From contig NC_086097.1 in NCBI RefSeq assembly GCF_963921235.1, positions 210,554,001 to 210,618,000 of the forward strand: 64,000 nucleotides of DNA, read 5' to 3'. The first letter of the stretch is position 1. Each line of letters starts with the position of its first letter. Origin of the DNA: Mobula hypostoma. Taxonomy: Eukaryota. This document shows positions 10,881 to 24,061 of this stretch, one piece after another. The position numbers and the translations under genes were made by a program. The notes under the pieces were generated by a model that had not been told where the DNA came from, searched no databases, and saw only the letters and a program-made list of their open reading frames with translations.

Positions 10881-11048
10881 ATTTTCCAAGCTGACCCTGA
10901 CATTCAGTTTGAGCTCACAGGTTAGTGTTACAATGCCCAGATTAGTTGGTACTGACCATGTGCAAGTCCACTGATCCATGATTGGCTATTTAGTATAAGT
11001 GTCGGTCCAGAGGAAGAGAAAAATAGAGAGGCAGACTGAGTGGAATCA

Positions 11049-11256
11049 AGGTACACACATAAGAGTTGCTGGTGAACACAGCAGGCCAGGCAGCATCTCT
11101 AGGAAGAGGTACAGTCGACGTTTCGTCCTGATGAAGGGTCTCGGCCCGAAACATCGACTGTACCTCTTCCTAGAGATGCTGCCTGGCCTGCTGCGTTCAC
11201 CAGTAACTTTTATTTGTGTTGCTTGAAATTCCAGCATCTGCAGATTTCCTCGTGTT
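11049..11256. mobile_element. 208-bp fold-back PLE pLTR-derived insert
   Basis: Inverted arms at 11053-11125 and 11147-11219, with an 8-bp TSD TGGAATCA at 11041-11048 and 11257-11264. Confidence 0.85.
11125..11159 (+). ncRNA. Minimal hammerhead ribozyme motif
   Basis: GTC CTGATGA AGGGTCTCGGCCC GAAA CATC GACT: core intact, with the ACGT palindrome changed to ACAT (a CpG-type change). Confidence 0.6.
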
Positions 11257-11683
11257 TGGAATCACGTTACCTCATTTGAAAGGCTGCATTCGAAGCAATG
11301 TGTGTGAACAAGGCTACATTTGCACTGGAATCCAAATTGTATACATTTGTTTGCCTTGAATGTATGAAGCATTTGGATTAAAGGATGTTGGCTGAAGTGC
11401 TCAGAAAGCATAGGACTAACAATGCCACTTGATAACTGTGTGGGAAAATCCGTAATGGAGAACGCTTGGTAAACACACTCCTTACACATGCGCAGTCACA
11501 CACAAGTATTGCCTTGTCATTCTGCAATCGTTGTGCTGCGTGTACGCACCTCAGTGTCTTCCCGATATATTCTTATAAAGAGCTCTAAACCAAGCTGGTG
11601 CGTTTGGGTTGGCTTTATGGTGCTTTTTCCACCATACACGGTGGAATATTCCATTTCTTTAGTAATGGGGATGTGTAAATGTG

Positions 11684-11812
11684 TCCTGATGAAAGGTCTC
11701 AGCCTGAAACATCTACTGTTTACTCTTTTCCATAGAGATTGCCTGGCCTGCTGAATTCCTCTAGTATTTTGTGTGTGTTGCTTTGGATTTTCAGCATCTG
11801 CAGATTTTCTCA
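11684..11812 (+). mobile_element. 129-bp minimal PLE-derived insert (hammerhead core plus tail)
   Basis: TCCTGATGAAAGGTCTCAGCCTGAAACATCTACTG...GCATCTGCAGATTTTCTCA, flanked by an 8-bp TSD TAAATGTG at 11676-11683 and 11813-11820. Confidence 0.8.
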
Positions 11813-13969
11813 TAAATGTGCATATGTTGTTTGTAAACTCCATTTAAGGTAGATACTTCTGTTTATTTTGTAATAGGATTGTAAATACATTGTGGGGTGC
11901 ATCATATTTTAATTCATGTGTAGTCTTAAGTTAACTCTGTTGGTTATTAAAGATGGTATGTCCTAGTGTCGAATTACAGGAGTTCATCGCCCTTGGTATG
12001 GGAAAGAGATAAGGTCTGCTAGGAGTTCACACTGGACAAGAATAAGTACAAAGCTATTATTGTGTTTTCTAGTAGCTATCCTTTTGTAAATGTTGGCAGT
12101 TTTCACTATTTTTGGTAATTTTTGTAGGTTTGATTTTTGTTGCACTTAATCAACACTCTCGCATTAAAGTGCATAACTGCTCCAGCCATTTTTCCTTTGT
12201 TCATAACCAACGTATCTCACAAAATCTTTTCTCAGTTTGATCTATTCCCTTAACTGCATCCAGAATGTTGAACTATATTTTTGATAAAACCCTTTTTCCC
12301 ATGATAATGTAAAAATGCATTATTCATATAAATTTCAACTATAGAACACTGGGCATTCATCTAATACAATTCACAGCCCGAAATACATAACTCCATTTGC
12401 TTACAAGAAATGGAGGATACTTGAGGAGACTGCTCCAACATCCTCTTGATTTCATTGTATTGGTTGAAGACTAGCTTCTGTGATGATAGATTCTTCAAGA
12501 AGAGGTGAAGAGGAATCATCTAGTCCTTATTTTTGGCTGAAGATTGTTACAAATTTATCAGGCATGTCTTTTGCATTCACTGCTACTGAACCAGGGAATA
12601 TTCATAGATCTTCCACCACTAATTAGGACTGGATGCAGCAAGATTGCAGAACTATGAGTGGATAAGTTGGCTTTGGGGTTGCTTAGCTCTCTCTGTTCCA
12701 TGATATTTTTGTTGCTGCCCTTTGGCAACTGAAGTGAAAACAATGGTTAAGCTTACTGAATGGATTTTCTATGAATCGACGTGTTGGGGGTGAGGGGATT
12801 ATGGGGGGATTTGCTGATTCATTATATAGTTTTTGGAGGCATGATATGCCCTCAATAAGAACACACTAAAACTTTTACTAACAACATGAATACATTTAAA
12901 CTATTGGGAATATTTTTTCATTAGGGTCATTAGCATTCTCTCATTGGTGCTGGGACTCCTAATCGCTATTGTTCTATTTAATGGACAAAGGCACACTGAC
13001 TTCTTCAGAATGCCAGTTAACAACATTTGAAAAATGTGGTCACTCAGTTTGGTGAAAATATACCTTATAGTGCATTTACTTCTTTGTGTTTTAAAACACT
13101 TAGGTGTAATAGATATGATGGTCTGACTTCACCATGCAGTCTCAAACCAACCTTCTCAAATAGTTTTATCTCAAGGAATTTTTTAAAGAGTGGTTGAAGT
13201 ATGTATAGGTTTCACAACACTCTTCCGACCTTGTTCACAGTGCTCGTGAGATTGCTCATTTTGTTGTAAACTTGATGGTTGCAAAATAGCTCACTTACTC
13301 GTCAAATTAGAAAGTAATGCAACCAAATTTCATCCCAGTAGAGTTATGTTTCTCATTTTAAAATTTATCACTCAGTGGATTTTGTCTGACAAAATCAGAA
13401 TATTGTTATAGACCTTTTTTCAGCATATGTGGCTCTCTAAGAGAATGGAAACAATTAAAATTGCATTTGCAAGGCACTTTGTATTCATAACATAGAATTA
13501 CATGAGTTGGAGAGATCACTAAATGTCAAAGCAACCTGAGAAAGTATTTTTGCAAATGATCACTATCTCCCAATACCACAAGAGGGATAAGTAACAGTTG
13601 CTCATCCAATGTTCTGTGTGTTTGATATTTATTCTTTCCCTATTATCCTACAGTTCTTTTATTATGCTATCTTTTCCTATTTTTTTAGTGATGTTGAAGT
13701 TGTTCTGGGTCTTCAAGTAAAAGAAAGCTAAGTTATACTAAATTGCAAACATTCGGATTAAAATGTCTCAGTGACTATCTTACATAAACTTAACTATTCC
13801 ATTAAATAATTTTCATGGTGGGAGCTTACTGTGTGGAGGTTCAAACCAACCAACTTGTCAGTTGGTAATTAGGACAATGCCATATAAGTTGTTATTAGTT
13901 TATGCTGTTTCCTTGGAGAAGAGTACAAAGTAGAGAAAGATTTGTAGGCTGATTATAAGTCTTAGCAGG

Positions 13970-15170
13970 TATCTACATGAACAGTCTTTCGAAGCATATA
14001 ATTCTCTTTACAGCAGTCAATGGGCCAATTAGTCTGGCTCTGCTGAAAGGCTTTATGGGCTCCACTACCCATATGGTAAAACAGAAACATCCAGCTGTTT
14101 TAAAAGGACACATATCATACATCTTATGCTTGCAGGAGCATATTGGAACAAAACAGTGGGCGTTTACAGCACTAAACATGATTGCTGTGTAGTTGTGCAG
14201 CAAGAACAGGAGATCAGGGAATTGTATGGAGGACTGAAGTCACTGCAGATGTAAAAATGTTTGAAAAGGATGTAAGAATGGTGACAGGCTGTTGATAGGA
14301 TTGAGAATATAAGGGTCTCATTAAGTTTAGGAATAAATCTGTACATGAGCCGATTTCTGTTTTGCAGCATCTTCAATCTTCTCCTGTTGCACATGTCAGA
14401 TCAGGGTGGGGCTTCTCCCCTCGGGGAACTAATTAATCATGCCTTATTGAAGAATGCACAGCACAAAATTTTAAACATCTGGTTTTAGTGGAAATATTGT
14501 TTCAGTCTGAATACCTTTAATGATTCCTTGGCTGAATGTATGAGTTTCATCCTACTCATAGTCAGATAATATCGTGGGAGTCCACAGACATGTGATAGGC
14601 AGTGCCTTCAGAAGATCACTTTTGTCAGGGATCCTGGAACTTGGCTTCATTGATGAAGGATCAAGATTGCTTTAAAAATAGGCTTTTTGACAGATGAGAA
14701 ATTACAAGGTGCGTGCAAATTAATTAAACATTGATTATGGGATTCTTTGTCATTCATATACTTAAAGGTGTCAGCAGTGGATAGTGAAAGCTTCATGAAT
14801 GGAAACTGTAACTCTAAAAGTTATGATTTTCATTTTAGTCATTATATGCCCTCTCATATTATATTGCCAGAAGTCAAGGGGGAAGAAAATGAATTTATTT
14901 GCTAGAACACTTGCTTCATACATCCATGAGTTATGAGTCATGTGACATTCAAAGCCTGAGGTAGAATTGTGCGGATGTGAGGGGCTTGGGAAAAGGTCGC
15001 TTTGCATCATGTGGCAAACTTCAATTGTGGCGTTGTGAGTCACAGCTATTACTAGCACCGATCATCAGAGGGTATATTAATATATTTCTGTCTGTAAATA
15101 TCAGTCTGAGGGTGCTGACAGATTAGCGTGTGGCAAACTGATCAGTGTGAGATCCTTTAAACAACTCAAC
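13970..15170. promoter_or_regulatory. Candidate enhancer/conserved non-coding island
   Basis: It lies in a stretch of about 3.5 kb with no clear TE. Motifs include TTTATGG (14052), two AP-1 TGAGTCA sites (14934, 15036), TGACAG and TAATTA. Motif evidence only. Confidence 0.3.
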
Positions 15171-15519
15171 AATGTATGGGGTATTGGTGGTGAGGATTTC
15201 AGGTAGAACATTGTAACACTAATAATTAGATTAGGTTAAATATTAATTTCTATAAAAACAAAGAAAATAAAAATTAAAAGATGGATACAAGAAGCTGCCT
15301 ATTTGCTCTCACACATTTTACACTACTGTGAATCAAAATTTACCTTATCATGCTAAAATATCATGGGCCCAAAAAAACAGGATTCAATTATCAAAGTTAA
15401 AGCGAAAAGCAAAAGACAAGTGTGAGAAATAAATCTTGTCAAAGAAGCATTTTTTTTTGTTTCACTACTACAACTTCTTAATAGCATTCCTATCAAGTGC
15501 TCAGGTAAAACAATTGACC

Positions 15520-15860
15520 AGAAAAGCCTACTAAAGGATACAGTCCAGTCCATCATGGGGAAAGTACTCCCCACCATTGAGCACATCTCCAAGAAGCACA
15601 GTCTCAGGAAAACAGCATCAATCATCAATGTCCCCACCATCCAGGCCATAGTCTCTTCTCGTCGTTACCATCAGGAGCCTCAGGAACAGTTATTACTCTT
15701 AGCCATCAAGCTCTTGAACCAGAGAGGATAACTACATACAAGTTCATCTCATTGTCTTGATATTTATTCATTCATTCATTCATTTATTTATTATTATGAT
15801 TTTTTTTCTTTCTGTATTTACACAGTTTGTTATCTTTTGCACACTGGTTGTTTTCCTGTT
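15520..15860 (+). mobile_element. Rex1/Babar 3' fragment
   Basis: ..QSIMGKVLPTIEHI...RKTASIINVPTIQA.. remnant plus UTR. Confidence 0.65.
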
Positions 15861-17910
15861 GTTCAACCTTACTACTTGAGGAAAATAACTGTTTTTGAGT
15901 CCGGTGATCCTGGTGTGGATGCTATGTAGCCTCCTCCCTGATGGGAGTGGGGCAAATAGGCCATGAGCAGGGTATGTGTAATCCTTCATGATATTGCTGG
16001 CTTTTTCCCAGCAGCTTTCTGTATATATATCCTTGATGGCAGGTAGTCTGGTATTGGTGATGCATTGGGTGGTTTTGACTACCTGTTGTGAAGCCTTCCC
16101 GTCTATCACAGTGCACTTTCTGTACCATGTGAGGCAGCATGTTCGGATGATCTATACTGCTCATCTATAGAAGGACATGAGAATTGCTGCGCATGCTCCA
16201 GCTGAACCTTCAGCCTCCTAAGAAAGTAGAGACATTGATGAGCTTTACTGACTGTGTAGAATGTGTTCTGGGACCATGACAGTTTGTGTAAGATGAGCAC
16301 TCCCAAGAGTTTGAAACTGCTCGCAGTTTCCACTGCTGTGCCGTCGATAGAAAGAGGGGTGTGAGTGTGAGTGTTGCGAGTTCTCCTGAGGTTGATAACC
16401 ATCTCCTTTGTCTTGCTGACATTGAGGAAGCGGTTATCAGTCTGCACCAGGGCTCGAGCTCCTGCTGCTCCTCTATGTAGACCATCTCATCGCATCTGGT
16501 ATTGAGCCCCACCACTACTGTGTCATTGACCAACCTGACAATGTGATTTCTTGGGTGTTTGGCCGTGCAGTCATGCATGATCTCAGCAATGGGCTCAGCA
16601 CACAGCTCTGGGAGAGGTGCACCCATGGTAAGGGTGCTGGGGAGTGAGGAGCTGCTGTGCATTCTGACTATCTGAGGTCTGTCGGTAAGGAAGTCCAACA
16701 CCCATTGCACAGTGGCGTATTCAGGCTGAGGTGTAGGAGTTTGTTCACCAAAGCCTGTGGGACGATAGTGTTGAATGCTGAACTGAAATCCAGAAACAGC
16801 ATTCTGACATGTGTCCTTGCTTTCTGGGTGTGTCAGGACCAGGTGCTTGACAGATACTATGGTATCTGTTGTATCTGTTCTGCCGGTAAGGCCACTGGTG
16901 AGTGTCCAGTGCGACAGGATTAGAGTTCTTGATGTGTGCCATTACTAGCTGTTCAAACAATGATTGGCATCAGTGCAACTGGGCGGTAGTCATTTAGTTC
17001 TGAAGGTATAGAGTTCTTTGGTACAGGGATGATGGTGGCCTATTTAAAGCATGTGGGGACAGCAGCCTGGATGAGTGAAGTGTTGAAGATATCCATGATG
17101 ATGTCAGTGAGCTGGTGTGCACACACCCTGAGTACTCGACCTGGGATGTTGTCTGGCCCGGCCGCCTTATCGGGGTTGAATCTTTGCAGAGACCTTCTCA
17201 TATCTGCTGCCCCCACAGACAGTGGCTGCTCGCCTGGGAGGGGATAACTTTTGTGGCAGATATTGTGTTGCATGTCTCGAAGTGTGCATCAAAGTTGTTT
17301 AGAGTGTCAGAGAGGGAGATGCCACTGCTGTTTAGCCTTGCGTTGTCGGTAATACCCTTGACACCCAGTCACATGCACCAGGGATCGTTATTGGTCATGT
17401 GTTCTTGAATTTTTTGTGTGTAGACAGTCTTTGCCCTCTTGATGCCAAATATGATGTTTCCCCTGTCTGCTTTGAGAGCTGTTCTTTCTTCAGTCTTGAA
17501 GGCAACATCCTGCGCTTTTAGTAGGGTGCTCATCTCTGCATTCAGCCAGGGCTGTGGTTTGACCATTCTTGAAGCACCAGCGTCATCCATACGCTAACAG
17601 ATGTAACTGGTGGCAGATGAGGCATATTCCCTGAGGTCTGTTTCTTCTCCGTTTGTGGTGGGCTCCTTGAATAGCTGCCTGTTTGTCCATTCAAACAGTC
17701 CTGGAGCATAGAGTTTGCCTCGTTAGGCCATACAGCAATGGTTCTCTGAACTGGTTTCTCCATCTTCAGCAGCAGTTGGTTTGCTGGGATTAACACTTTG
17801 GAGGTGGGGTCAGAGGGACCAAGATGGGGGCATGGGATGAACTTGTAAGTTTTGTGTCTGCTATATAAACATGGTCTAGTCTGTCTGTCTGTACACTGGA
17901 AACTCACGAC
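15861..17910 (-). mobile_element. Rex1/Babar LINE, long frameshifted ORF remnant
   Basis: Successive minus ORFs give [66 protein letters not shown] and LLPSGRR-like motifs. Confidence 0.88.
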
Positions 17911-19772
17911 CGTTTAATCCATAGTTAAGAGGGATACATTGAACCATAGCTAATAACTTGAGAGATCTGTAAATCATGGGTTTTAAGTGCCATTGTAACT
18001 TTTTAAGCCATATTCTTTGTGCAAGTGAAGGAATTTATTTAAAGGTCACTGATCAAGTGGTTCAAGCTAGTTGCTGTATTCCATGTGAATCACAGATCAT
18101 CTAGAAACTGCATGGATGAAAGCAAGATTTCATTGAAGCTAATTATCTGTGAAAGAGCTTTGGCCCAAAATATTATTTATCATTTTCAAGCGTATAAGTG
18201 TTATATGCACAATAGGCCACTGAAGGTTTTGGCGTAAATCTTTGAATCTGGCCAGAGTACAAGGTGTCCCATGTGTGTGGTTCCTTCCCTGCAGACATCA
18301 CATAAACAATACTTGTTTTCCATCAGCTTTCTTCAGCAAAAGTGTTTGAAGCAGGCATTATAGTACATCAGGATCTTATACCAGAAAATTAAAATACAAA
18401 TTTCTTTGTAGTAAATTAAATAAAAACTTTACAATCCTTTAAGATTTTAATTACCTGCTTATGTTGTAGAACCCTGTTTCTTCCCTCTAATTTCTCCCAC
18501 ACCTCCACACCTCATCCACCTTGTCTAGCTCTCTAAATATTTTAAATTAAGTTGCTTCTTGTTTTCCTAAGGAGAAGTGAATAGAGGACTAGCCAACTCA
18601 TTTTCATCTGACAGACCAGCCATCCCTGGAGCAATTTGGTGCAACTTCACTGTACTCTCTCTGTGGCAAGTGTTTTAAGTAGGGAAGCAAAAATTGTACA
18701 AAATACTTCATCTGTGGTTTCAGCAAGCCCTTATGCACAGTAAGTTTTACAAAGATAAATGCTCTTGTGGAAGTTGGCAAAGCGCAGTGAGTGAATACCC
18801 TTCTTGTATACTTTATTAACTATTGTTTTATGATTCCTCATTACAACCTTTTCATCTTCATAACTTAATTATGTTTACTTTCCCTTGTGTGCAATTGATT
18901 ATTGGTGTGGCATTTCATTATAATAATAACATTTTAATGGGATTCAGACATTCCATTATTATGTGGAATGTTCCTATGGGAGTCTGTTTAGTCATGCTTC
19001 CCTTGTAGTATTGTGTTTCACTGTTGTTTGTATAGTCTTTCAGTACAGGGAATGCAACTTGATAAGAACAATTTTCTCTAACCTACGCTTTCAACACCAT
19101 ATTTCCCAACAATTTGACCATTAAACCATACTACCTGAGAGTCAATACACCAATTTGTAATTGGTTTCTGGACCTTCTTCCTTATCACACTCAGACAGTC
19201 AGACGAGGCAAGTACACATCAACCTCCCTGACCCTGAACCGTAGGGGTGTGTACAGATCGCACTCCTTCACACTCTTTACACCCATGACTGTGCCCCTGC
19301 CTATGCCACCAAGCCCATCGTCAAATTCACAGATGACAAGCAGCAATGAAGCATCATACAGAGATGAGGTGCAGAAACTGTCTGAATGGTACAATAATCA
19401 TAGCCTTCCACTCAACATCAAAATAACCAAATAAGTTATCATCGATTTCAGGAAATCAAATGGGTACAAACAAATTCCATTACTCATAAATGGTGAAGTC
19501 AGTGGAAAGGGTCTCCAGCTTTAAGTTTTCAGGAGTGAACATTACAGAGGAGTTCTCTTGGACTTCCAAACGTCTCTTTGATAGTAGAGAAGGCTCAGCA
19601 GTGTCTATACTATCTTAGGAGTTCAGAGGGAGCCAATCTGCCCCAGAAGCTGTTGGTAAGCCTATATCGATGTGTAATTGAGAGCATACTGACCTACTGC
19701 ATGACAGTATGGTACACTAGCTGCAACAAGATTAACCAACGAGCACTTCATTGAGTGGTCAGGACTGCACAG

Positions 19773-22577
19773 ACCATAAGACCATAAGACAAAGGAGCAG
19801 AAGTCAGCCATTCGACCCATCGAGTCTGCTCCGCCATTTTATCATGAGCTGATCCATTCTCCCATTTAGTCCCACTCCCCCGCCTTCTCACCACCTTTGT
19901 TGCCCTGGCTACTCAGATACCTATCAATCTCTGCCTTAAATACACCCAATGACTTGGCCTCCACTGCTGCCCGTGGCAACAAATTCCATAGATTCACCAC
20001 CCTCTGATTAAAAAAAATTCTTCACATCTCTGTTCTGAAAGGGCGCCCTTCAAACCTTAAGTCATGCCCTCTCGTACTAGACTCCCCCATCATGGGAAAC
20101 AACTTTGCCACATCCACTCTGTCCATGCCTTTCAACATTTGAAATGTTTCTATGAGGTCTCCCTCATTCTTCAAAACTCCAAGGAATGCAGCCCAAGTGT
20201 GGACAAATGTTCCTCATATGTTAACCCTCTCATTCCCGGAATCATTCTAGTGAATCTTCTCTGTACCCTCTCCAACGTCAGCACATCCTTTCTTAAATAA
20301 GGAGACCAAAACTGCCCACAGTACTCCAAGTGAGGTCTCACCGGTGCCCTGTGGATCCTCAACATCACATCCCTGCTCCTATACTCTATTCCTCTAGAAA
20401 TGAATGCCAACATTGCATTCGCCTTCTTTGCCACCGACTCAACCTGGAGGTTAACCTTAAGGGTATCCTGTACGAGGACCCCCAAGTCCTGTTGCATCTC
20501 AGAACTTTGAATTCTTTCCCCATTTAAATAATAGTCTTCCCGTTTATTATTTCTGCCAAAGTGCATAACCATATACTTTCCAACATTGTACTTCATTTGC
20601 CACTCCTCTGACCATTCTTCCAATCTATCCAAGTCTCTCTGCAGACTCTCCGTTTCCTTAGCACTACCGGCCCCTCCACCTATCTTTGTATCGTCAGCAA
20701 ATTTAGCCACAAAGCCATCTATTCCATAATCCAAATTGTTGATGTACAATGTAAAAAGAAGCGGCCCCAACATGGACCCCTGTGGAACAGCACTGGTAAC
20801 TGGCAGCCAACCAGAATAGGATCCCTTTATTCCCGCTCTCTGTTTCCTGCCAATCAGCCAATGCTCTATCCACGTATGTAACTTTCCCATAATTCCATGG
20901 GCTCTTATCTTGTTAAGTAGCCTCATGTGTGGCACCTTGTCAAAGGCCTTCTGAAAATCCAAGTATACAACATCCACTGCATCTCCCTTGTCTAGCCTAC
21001 TGGTAATTTCCTCAAAAAATTGTAATAGGTTTGTCAGGCAGGATTTTCCTTTAAGGAATCCATGCTGAGTTCTGCCTATCTTCTCATATGCCTCCAGGTA
21101 CTCCGTAACCTCATCCTTGACAATCGATTTCAACAACATCCCAACCACCGATGTCAAGCTAACAGGTCTATAATTTCCTTTTTGCTTCTTTGCCCCCTTC
21201 TTAAATAGCAGAGTGACATTTGCAATCTTCTAGTCCTCCGGAACCATGCCAGAATCTAACGACTTTTGAAATATCATTGCTAATGCCTCCGCGATCTCCA
21301 CAGGTACTTCCTTCAGAACACGAGGGTGCATTCCATCTGGTCCAGCAGATTTATCTACCCTTAGACTATTCAGATTCAGTAATTTCTCTGTCGTAATTGT
21401 GACTGCACACACTTCTCTTCCCTGCCACCCTTGAGTGTCCGGTATACTGCTGATGTCTTCTTCAGTGAAGGCTGATGCAAAATACTCATTCAGTTCCTCT
21501 GCCATCTTCTTATCACCCATTACATTTCTCCAGCATCATTTTCTATCGGTCCTATGTCTACTCTCACCTGTCTTTTACTCTTTATATACTTGAAAAAGCT
21601 TTTAGTATCCTCTTTGATATTATTTGCTAGCTTCCTTTCATAGTTAATCTTTTCCCTCTTAATGACCTTCTTGGTTTCCTTTTGTAAGGTTTTAAAAACT
21701 TCCCAATCCTCTGTCTTTCCACTAATTTTTGCTTCCTTGTATGCCCTCTCCTTTGCTTTAACTTTGGCTTTGACTTCTCTTGTCAACCACGGTTGCATCC
21801 TTTTTCCACTCGAAAATTTCTTCTTTTTTGGAATATACCTGTCTTGCACATTCCTCATTTCTCGCATAAACTCCAGCCACTGCTGCTCTGCCGTCTTTCC
21901 CGCCAGTGTCTCTTTCCAGTCAACTTTGGCCAGCTCCTCTCTCATGCCACTGTAATTTCCTTTACTCCACTGAAACACCGACACATCAGATTTCGGCTTC
22001 TCTTTTTCAAATTTCACAGTGAACTCAATCATGTTATGGTCACTGCCTCCTAAGGGTTCCTTCACCTCAATCTCTCTAATCACCTCCGGTTCATTACACA
22101 ATACCCAATCCAGTACAGCCGATCCCCCAGTGGGCTCAACAACAAGCTGTTCTAAAAAGCCATCTCGCAGACATTCTACAAATTTTCTCTCTTGAGATCC
22201 AGTAGATTTTCCCAATTCACTCGCATGTTAAAATCCCCCACAATTATCATAACACTGCCCTTCTGACAAGCCTTTTCTATTTCCTGTTGTAATTTGTAGT
22301 CCACATCCCTGCAGCTGTTTGGAGGCCTATAAATAACTGTCATCAGGGTCCTTTTACCCCTGCAATTTCTTAGCTCAACCCATAAAGATTCTGCACCTTC
22401 CGATCCTATATCACCTCTTTCTAATGATTTAATATCATTTCTTACCAATAAAGCCACGCCTCCCCCTCTGCCTACCTTCCTATCCTTCCAATACACTGTG
22501 TATCCTTGGACGTTCAGCTCCCAGTGACATGCATCCTTTAGCCAGGTCTCTGTGATGGCCACAATATCATACCTGCG
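19773..22577 (-). mobile_element. CR1 LINE, near-complete ORF2 (APE endonuclease plus RT) with frameshifts
   Basis: Minus ORFs contain AITETWL, IYRPPNS, VGDFN, LGGSDHNMI, GPDGMHPRVLKE, YLDFQKAFDKVPH, VPQGSMLGPLLF and KFADDTK. The 3' tail is (CTTATGGT)n. Confidence 0.93.
20171..21157 (-). pseudogene. CR1 ORF2 reverse transcriptase segment
   Basis: 328-aa ORF with QHGF, DFQKAFDKV, PQGS and FADD motifs. Confidence 0.9.
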
Positions 22578-23497
22578 ATATCAGAACATCACTGGGACAC
22601 AACTACCAGATATAGAAACCATCTACAACTCATGATGTCTATGGTGGGCTTGCAAAATCGTGATGGACTCATCTCAACCCAGTAATCGCCTGTTCAATCT
22701 CCTACCATCTGGTAGGTGATGCAGAAACATCTCAGCAAAGACATCCGGACTGAAGAATAGCTTTTTCCCCAGGGGCTGTCGTGCAACTGAACAATCCCCC
22801 ATTTTACAGTTGTTTGTTGTTAATTCAGTTGTAACTTAGATGTCACTCCAAATACAGTAACTCAAACATCATTTTAAACTTAAGTCATTTTGTGCTTCAT
22901 AATTGAATGGCCAGAGTGCTGTTTTACACTGAATGGAGCACAGCAATCTCATTGTCCTCAGGAATGACAATAATATTCTAACAATAACAACAATACTGAA
23001 CAAAGTAAGTATTATTCAATAGGTTATCATTTCCAAAAGATTCGTATTTCTATTGGTTTATCACTGTCACATGTACCAAGATACAGTGAAAAGCTTGTCT
23101 TGCACACTGTTTATGCAGTGCATTGCTAGAATAAGGTAAAACAATAATAACGCAGGATAACGAGCAAAAACAACTGAAAAAGAGCAGTGCACGTAAATGG
23201 TAAAGTGCTAGATCATAACCAGGTTGGTTATGAGGCCAAGTTTCCATCTTATTATATAACAGATCCATTCAAGAGACTGTTAACAGTGGGGCAGAAACTG
23301 TCCTGAGCCTGGTGGTAGGTTTTCTACGTTTTATATCTTCTGCCCGATGGGAGAAGAGAGAATATCTGGGTAAGTGGAGTCTTTCATTACGTTGGCTGCT
23401 TTGCTGAGGCAGCAAGAAGTATAGACTGAGTCCACAGAGCAGTTTCCTGAGGTCACTTTCAGAGCTCTTACATATCAAGCCATTATGCATCCTGACA

Positions 23498-24061
23498 CGA
23501 GGAAATCTGCAGATGCCCGTCCCATTCCCATTCTGATATGTCTATCCACGGCCTCCTCTACTGTAAAGATGAAGCCACACTCAGGTTGGAGGAACAACAC
23601 TTTATATTCCATCTGGGTAGCCTCCAACCTGATAGCATGAACACTGACTTCTCAAACTTCCGCTAATGCCCCACCTCCCCCTCGTACCCCATCCGTTATT
23701 TATTTATATACACACATTCTTTTTCTCTCCTCCTTTATCTTCCTCTGTCCCTATCACTAGACCCCTTGCCCATCCTCTGGGCTTTTCCCCCCCTCCCCCT
23801 TTTCTTTCTCCCTAGGCCTCCTGTCCCATGATCCTCTCGCATCCCTTTTGCCAATCACCTGTCCAGCTCTTGGCTTCATCCCTCCCCCTCCTGTCTTCTC
23901 CTATCATTTTGGATCTCCCCCCCCCCCCCACTTTCAAATCTCTTACTAGCTCTTCTTTCAGTTAGTCCTGACGAAGGGTCTCAACCCGAAACATCGACTG
24001 TACCTCTTCTTAGAGATGCTGCCTGGCCTGCTGTGTTCACCAGCAACTTTTATGTGTGATA
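23498..24061 (+). mobile_element. PLE 3' end/pLTR insert with a short inverted piece at its 5' end
   Basis: It contains the GIY-YIG C-terminus, UTR, hammerhead motif and tail. 23496-23516 is the reverse complement of the pLTR terminus. A 10-bp TSD CATCCTGACA lies at 23488-23497 and 24062-24071. Confidence 0.88.
23964..23999 (+). ncRNA. Minimal hammerhead ribozyme motif
   Basis: AGTC CTGACGA AGGGTCTCAACCC GAAA CATC GACT, with stem II GGGU/ACCC. Confidence 0.6.

Larger units (their letters stand above)
19080..22985 (+). mobile_element. Rex1/Babar LINE RT/3' part, split by the CR1 insertion
   Basis: 19080-19772 (PICNWFLDLL, SYRDEVQKLSEW, ..VVRTAQ) continues at about 22582 (NITGTQLPDIETIY..LFNLLPSGR). 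Confidence 0.75.

Noticed and set aside
23975..23987. Apparent compensatory change in hammerhead stem II (GGGT/ACCC)
   Set aside because: G-to-A changes at or next to a CpG can arise by neutral decay, so one copy is not evidence of covariation.
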